Of a DNA stretch of 64,000 nucleotides, positions 60,195 to 64,000 are shown in pieces; positions within the stretch are counted from its first letter, which is position 1, and each line of letters begins with the position of its first letter. Under the pieces are notes generated by a model. It searched no databases. It was not told the origin of the DNA and saw only the letters and a program-made list of their open reading frames with translations. The stretch is from Candidatus Sulfomarinibacteraceae bacterium (GTDB taxonomy: Bacteria > Acidobacteriota > Thermoanaerobaculia > Thermoanaerobaculales > Sulfomarinibacteraceae): the NCBI GenBank assembly GCA_963785275.1, contig CAWAUY010000028.1, positions 1,916 to 65,915 on the forward strand. The letters run 5' to 3'. The translations under genes were made by a program, and so were the position numbers.

Positions 60195-60296
60195 GGCTTG
60201 GGGCCTGGGGCTTGGGGCTTGAGATCCGAAATCAAGGCCAAACCTCAAGCCTCGAGCCCCAGGCCCCAAGCCCATCTACCGGCTTGCTGGTAGATG
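60195..60296 (+). repeat. Heptamer-repeat hairpin element D (CTTGGGG-type / CCCCAAG-type arms, 29-bp stem) plus a second 8-bp hairpin
   Basis: 60195-60223 pairs with 60244-60272 over 29 consecutive pairs: 27 Watson-Crick and 2 G.U. The loop is 20 nt. The second hairpin is CATCTACC(60273-60280)/GGTAGATG(60289-60296). The element starts 8 nt after the rpoD stop and ends 23 nt before tRNA-Met. Confidence 0.8.
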
Positions 60297-60318
60297 ACGT
60301 CCGCGGTACCATGTGCCG

Positions 60319-60391
60319 GGGCCCATAGCTCAGCGGTCAGAGCCGCCGGCTCATAACCGGTCGGTCCCAGGTTCGAATCCTGGTGGGCCCA
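60319..60391 (+). tRNA. tRNA with CAT anticodon (elongator Met, or Ile2 if lysidine-modified); CCA not encoded
   Basis: GGGCCCATAGCTCAGCGGTCAGAGCCGCCGGCTCATAACCGGTCGGTCCCAGGTTCGAATCCTGGTGGGCCCA folds as a cloverleaf with a 7-bp acceptor stem and anticodon loop CTCATAA. The discriminator A is followed by TGG. Confidence 0.9.
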
Positions 60392-61173
60392 TGGTCTGGG
60401 GCGCACCCGCGGGGGGTGAATATTTGAGCAAGGAACTTCGCGATCTCGTCTTGTTGGTTCAGCTGCAGGATATCTACAGCTCGATCTCGGAAGCCATTGC
60501 TGAGCGGAACTCTCCTCCCGTGGAAATTCGCGAGTTGCAGGAAGAAAACCGCGTGCGCCAGCAGGAGCTCGAAGAGATGGAGCAACAGATGGTTGCCCAC
60601 GAAGAGGAAATCAAGGAAGTTCAGAAAAAACAGGCCGAGTGGGAGCTCGAGCTCGAGCATTTTCAGAAGCAGAAGAGCATTGTCAGCAACGAGCGCGAAT
60701 TCACCGCAGTGATCTCCGAGATCGATTACGCGACCAAGGAAATCGAGGGGGCGTCGGCACGCCGCAAAGAGCTCGAAGAAGCCATTGCAGGCATCCAGGG
60801 CGAAGTCGCCGAACGCCGCGAGGCGCGTCCCGACGAAGAGGGAGCGCATAAAGAGGTGGTCGAAGGCTGGGAAGCGCGCAAGGAAGAGCTGTTGAAGATC
60901 GTCCACGATCTTTCGAAGAAGGCCAAAAAGGTCGAGAAAGACATCCAACCCAAACAGCGAGCGCGATTCATGCGACTGCTCGAGAGCAAACAGGGCAAGG
61001 CGTTGTCGGCGGTGGTCGACGGTTCGTGTTCGCTCTGCCATTTTGAACTTCGCCCCCACCTTCAACAGCGCGTACGGCGCAGCGACGAAATTATCGATTG
61101 CGAGCACTGCCACCGGATCCTCTACGTTGAGGACGTCCTGACAGCATGGAGTGCCGATACTGCCGAGGGCTGA
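60391..61173 (+). CDS. Coiled-coil protein with a C-terminal C4 zinc ribbon (COG1579/DUF164-like)
   Basis: A long heptad-rich coiled coil, then CSLCHFELRPHLQQRVRRSDEIIDCEHCHRILY. The start is uncertain: ATG 60391 overlaps the tRNA discriminator base, and TTG 60424 is preceded by GGGGGGTGA. The ORF-track start at 60313 lies inside the tRNA. Confidence 0.75.
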   Translation: MVWGAPAGGEYLSKELRDLVLLVQLQDIYSSISEAIAERNSPPVEIRELQEENRVRQQELEEMEQQMVAHEEEIKEVQKKQAEWELELEHFQKQKSIVSNEREFTAVISEIDYATKEIEGASARRKELEEAIAGIQGEVAERREARPDEEGAHKEVVEGWEARKEELLKIVHDLSKKAKKVEKDIQPKQRARFMRLLESKQGKALSAVVDGSCSLCHFELRPHLQQRVRRSDEIIDCEHCHRILYVEDVLTAWSADTAEG

Positions 61174-61177
61174 TTCG

Positions 61178-61900
61178 ATGTCCGAGCTTGCTGACCGTCT
61201 GGCTCTGGTACAGGGGCGCGTTGCTCGAGCCGCGACCAGCGCCGCACGCGACCCGTCAGAGATAACCCTCGTCGCTGTCGGCAAAACCTTCCCCGCCGAG
61301 GTCGTGCGCGAGGCGGTCGAAGCTGGCGCCACGGATCTCGGAGAGAACCGGGTGCAGGAGTCGGTCGCCAAGAAGCCTCTGGTTCCCCCCGCACGTTGGC
61401 ACCTGATCGGTCCGCTTCAGCGCAACAAAGTGAAGGCTGCGCTGGAGACCTTTGATTTCATTCACACACTCGACAGGATTGAGCTTGCCGACCGTCTGCA
61501 GACGCTGCTCACAAAAAACTGGCCCGAGCGGCGGATGCCGGTTCTGCTCGAGATCAACATCGGACGAGAGCCGCAGAAGGCCGGAGCGCTGCCTGATGAG
61601 GCCGTTGAACTGCTCCGGCACGTCCGGGGCTGCGATCGTCTCGACGTGCGCGGCTTGATGGCGATCCCACCGTGGGGTGACGATCCTGAGGCGTCGCGGC
61701 CGTTTTTCCGCGAACTCCGTGAACTTCGGGATCTGTTGCAGCAGACCGCGCAGGTCCCGTTGCCGGAGCTCTCGATGGGGATGAGCCACGACTTCGAGTT
61801 GGCCATCGCCGAAGGCGCCACCATGGTCCGCGTCGGCACCGCGATTTTCGGCCGGCGGGGTGGGCGAACCAAGCGGCGTTCGAGTGCGCCTCTGAAATAG
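61178..61900 (+). CDS. yggS: YggS-family pyridoxal-phosphate homeostasis protein
   Basis: LVAVGKTFP (PLP Lys), GENRVQE, WHLIGPLQRNKVK, and SMGMSHDFELAIAEGATMVRVGTAIFG. Confidence 0.9.
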   Translation: MSELADRLALVQGRVARAATSAARDPSEITLVAVGKTFPAEVVREAVEAGATDLGENRVQESVAKKPLVPPARWHLIGPLQRNKVKAALETFDFIHTLDRIELADRLQTLLTKNWPERRMPVLLEINIGREPQKAGALPDEAVELLRHVRGCDRLDVRGLMAIPPWGDDPEASRPFFRELRELRDLLQQTAQVPLPELSMGMSHDFELAIAEGATMVRVGTAIFGRRGGRTKRRSSAPLK

Positions 61901-61901
61901 A

Positions 61902-62012
61902 TTCGACCGAGCGAACGCGGCACTCCGCCCTTTGTCATTTCGACCGAGCGGAGCGAGTGGAGAAATCTCTTGGGAGAGACGCCTCCACTCCAGGCAAAGG
62001 TCTCGCGATGGC
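61902..62012. repeat. Intergenic repeat: duplicated TTCGACCGAGCG motif and an imperfect hairpin
   Basis: TTCGACCGAGCG occurs at 61902-61913 and 61939-61950. GTCATTTCGACCGAGCGGAGCGAGTGGAGAAATCTC starts at 61934. The stem GAGTGGAG(61955-61962)/CTCCACTC(61983-61990) has an inner TCTC/GAGA pairing. Confidence 0.45.
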
Positions 62013-62207
62013 GGCGCGGCTTTCAGAACGCGCTTGCTCGCGAGGAGCCACCTTCAACATTGTTGGCCCGAATCACCCTGCCGGCGTGAAAGCCCGAGCG
62101 TCCAACAATATTGAAAATGGCACCTCCGCCGCGCGGATTTTGCCTTTCTCCTTGCCCCGGGCACTACTTTGTGAAAAAATTCTCAGCTGACGGAGTGAGG
62201 GGGATCG

Positions 62208-63446
62208 ATGGACGAACCGACGACGGTGAATCGCGAATTTCAAAAGGCCGTCGGCAATCTTGCCGAACAGGCCTCACCAAAATGTGTCGAGTTCCTGCGC
62301 GACCTGGTCACCCTGCCTTCACCGAGTCGTGGCGAGCGTCTGGCGTGCGAACGGGTGCTGCGTGAAATGGAGGAGCTCGGGTACCACGACGTCCACCTCG
62401 ACGAAATGGGCAATGTGCTCGGTCGCATGGGTTCAGGGCCCTGCGTCCTCGCCTTTGACGCGCACATCGACACCGTCGGCATCTCGAACCCGACGCACTG
62501 GCGTCACGACCCCTTCCGCGGCATCGTCACCGGCGGCACGCTCTTCGGCCGCGGTGCTTCCGACCAGAAGGGCGGGGTTGCCGCCGTGGTCCACGGCGTG
62601 GCACTGGCCGACCGGGTCGGTCTGTCAAACGATGTGACGGCGTGGGTCACCGCCACGGTCAACGGCGAGGACTGCGTCGGGCTGGCGTGGCAGTATCTGC
62701 TCAACGAGACCGATCTGCGGCCGGAAGTGGTCGTCATCGCCATGCCTTCGCATCTCGGTGTGTGCTACGGCCAGCGCGGTCGGATGGAGGTTGAGATCTC
62801 CACCACCGGGGTTTCGACCCACGGTTCGCAACCCGACCGCGGCCGCAACGCGATCTACGAAATGATGCCGGTCATCGACGGCCTCAAGAAACTCCACAGC
62901 GAACTCGAAATAGACCACCCCATGCTCGGCCGCGGTTCGTTGGCGGTGACCGGGATCTCGTCCCTGTCGCCGTCGTTGACGGCGGTTCCCGACGGATGCA
63001 CCATTCACATCGATCGCCGTCTCACCATTGGGGAAACGGCCGACGATGCCCAGGCACAGCTCGCAGAGGTTTCGGCCGCGGCCGGCGAGCACAGCGTGGT
63101 TCGTCTGCTGCACTACGACCTGCCGTCCTGGCGCGGCTTCACCTATCCCACCGACAAGGTGTTTCCGGCATGGGAAACCCCGGTCGAGAGCGCCGCCGTC
63201 CGGGCGGCCCTCGCCTCGGCCGAGCGAGTCCTCGAACGCACACCACGAATCCACCGATCGGCATTTTCCTCGAACGGTTGCGCGACCTCCGGCATGTACG
63301 GTATCCCGACCATCGGTTTCGGCCCGGCCGACGAGCTCCACTCCCACACCGTCAACGACCAGATCCCCCTCGCCCAACTCAAACCGGCGATGGCCTTCTA
63401 CGCGATGTTTCCGCAGATCTACCTCGAAGCTGCCGGCAACGGTTAA
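62208..63446 (+). CDS. M20-family metallohydrolase (YgeY/ArgE/DapE-like)
   Basis: LAFDAHIDTVG, GRGASDQKGG, and a C-terminus SNGCATSGMYGIPTIGFGPADELHSHTVNDQIPL typical of YgeY-like M20 enzymes. Confidence 0.85.
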   Translation: MDEPTTVNREFQKAVGNLAEQASPKCVEFLRDLVTLPSPSRGERLACERVLREMEELGYHDVHLDEMGNVLGRMGSGPCVLAFDAHIDTVGISNPTHWRHDPFRGIVTGGTLFGRGASDQKGGVAAVVHGVALADRVGLSNDVTAWVTATVNGEDCVGLAWQYLLNETDLRPEVVVIAMPSHLGVCYGQRGRMEVEISTTGVSTHGSQPDRGRNAIYEMMPVIDGLKKLHSELEIDHPMLGRGSLAVTGISSLSPSLTAVPDGCTIHIDRRLTIGETADDAQAQLAEVSAAAGEHSVVRLLHYDLPSWRGFTYPTDKVFPAWETPVESAAVRAALASAERVLERTPRIHRSAFSSNGCATSGMYGIPTIGFGPADELHSHTVNDQIPLAQLKPAMAFYAMFPQIYLEAAGNG

Positions 63447-63471
63447 ACGTCAAGAGTTGAACCGTTGCTTT

Positions 63472-64000
63472 TCAGTCTGTGGCTTGAAGAAGTCTCGGCA
63501 GATCTGCGACCGTGGTGATCGCCGTCGTCGGGAGGTCGAGACCCGCCCTGGCGTCGCGTGCGGGCAGGGCGACCCGGGAAAATCCGAGGGCTGCCGCTTC
63601 GCGCACCCGTTCAGCGGCTCGGCTCACCGCGCGGACCTCGCCGAGCAACCCGATTTCTCCGAAGATTGCCAGGTCTCCGGCGAGCGGCCGGTCGGCGGCT
63701 GAAGACAAGAGTGCAGCCGCCACCGCCAGGTCGAGGGCGGGCTCGCGCAACGACAGACCGCCGACGAGATTCACGAAGACATCGCGGTCGCCGAAAGCGA
63801 TTCCCGCGTGGCGCTCGAGCACCGCAAGCAGCAGGGCGAGCCGCGACGAGTCGAGGCCCTGAGCGACTCGGCGCGGCGTCCCCAGGCTCGAAGTGGAGAC
63901 CAGGGCCTGCACTTCCACCAACAGTGGGACCGTGCCCTCCAGAGCCACCGCCACGGCCGAACCCGAGGCGCCGGTCTGCCGATCTTCGAGGAGCCAGGCG
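63472..64000 (-). CDS. radA: DNA repair protein RadA/Sms, C-terminal Lon-protease-like domain (5' part lies beyond the window end)
   Basis: LLVEVQALVS...GTPRR...G.D..R...LLAVLE.H.G......DVFVN..GG......A.DLAV..AL.SS......P.......FGE.GL.GE.R. The frame stays open to the window end. Confidence 0.9.
   Translation of the reverse strand, partial: AWLLEDRQTGASGSAVAVALEGTVPLLVEVQALVSTSSLGTPRRVAQGLDSSRLALLLAVLERHAGIAFGDRDVFVNLVGGLSLREPALDLAVAAALLSSAADRPLAGDLAIFGEIGLLGEVRAVSRAAERVREAAALGFSRVALPARDARAGLDLPTTAITTVADLPRLLQATD

Noticed and set aside
60313-60390. The track start of ORF 60313..61173.
   Set aside because: The first 26 codons are the translation of the tRNA-Met gene itself (PIAQRSEPPAHNRSVPGSNPGGP).

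Overview
High-GC (roughly two-thirds G+C by eye, not computed) chromosomal segment from a diderm bacterium, as shown by a TolC-type efflux protein, an Slt lytic transglycosylase and lipobox lipoproteins. I cannot place the lineage from sequence alone. I support 49 CDS and 4 tRNAs (initiator fMet, Asn-GTT, Gln-CTG, Met/Ile2-CAT). I saw no rRNA, CRISPR array, transposase or integrase. Content is mostly housekeeping: ppsA, monomeric icd, eno-ftsB, phosphohexomutase, gdh, trm112-xseA-xseB-ispA, rpsU-mutS2-dnaG-rpoD, tlyA, radA. It also holds a TetR/HlyD/ABC/TolC efflux operon, a Ser/Thr-kinase STAND protein, two YahK-like alcohol dehydrogenases, an 11-heme cytochrome c fused to a cytochrome b domain, an 1841-aa YYY (DUF2298)/NHL membrane protein and a NifX-like/His-rich/SlyD-FKBP fusion. 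Many long ORFs in the track are antisense shadows typical of high-GC DNA. The most unusual signal is non-coding. Four intergenic loci sit directly 3' of plus-strand genes (gdh, PIN-PhoH gene, mutS2, rpoD). Each carries a long hairpin whose two arms are tandem heptanucleotide repeats, with three different heptamers: TTTTGAG/AATTCAA, TTGGAT(n)/CATCCAA and CTTGGGG/CCCCAAG. In three of them the non-Watson-Crick positions that still pair are G.U only in the sense-strand RNA. Other notable points: a perfect 15-bp inverted repeat that mirrors two divergent, apparently leaderless gene starts; a partial copy of the tRNA-fMet 3' end 385 bp from the tRNA; an apparent 1-nt frameshift in ppsA; and a less GC-rich accessory-looking block at 24.3-28.4 kb next to tRNA-fMet. 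All functional calls come from motif recognition on the supplied translations, and no database search was run.
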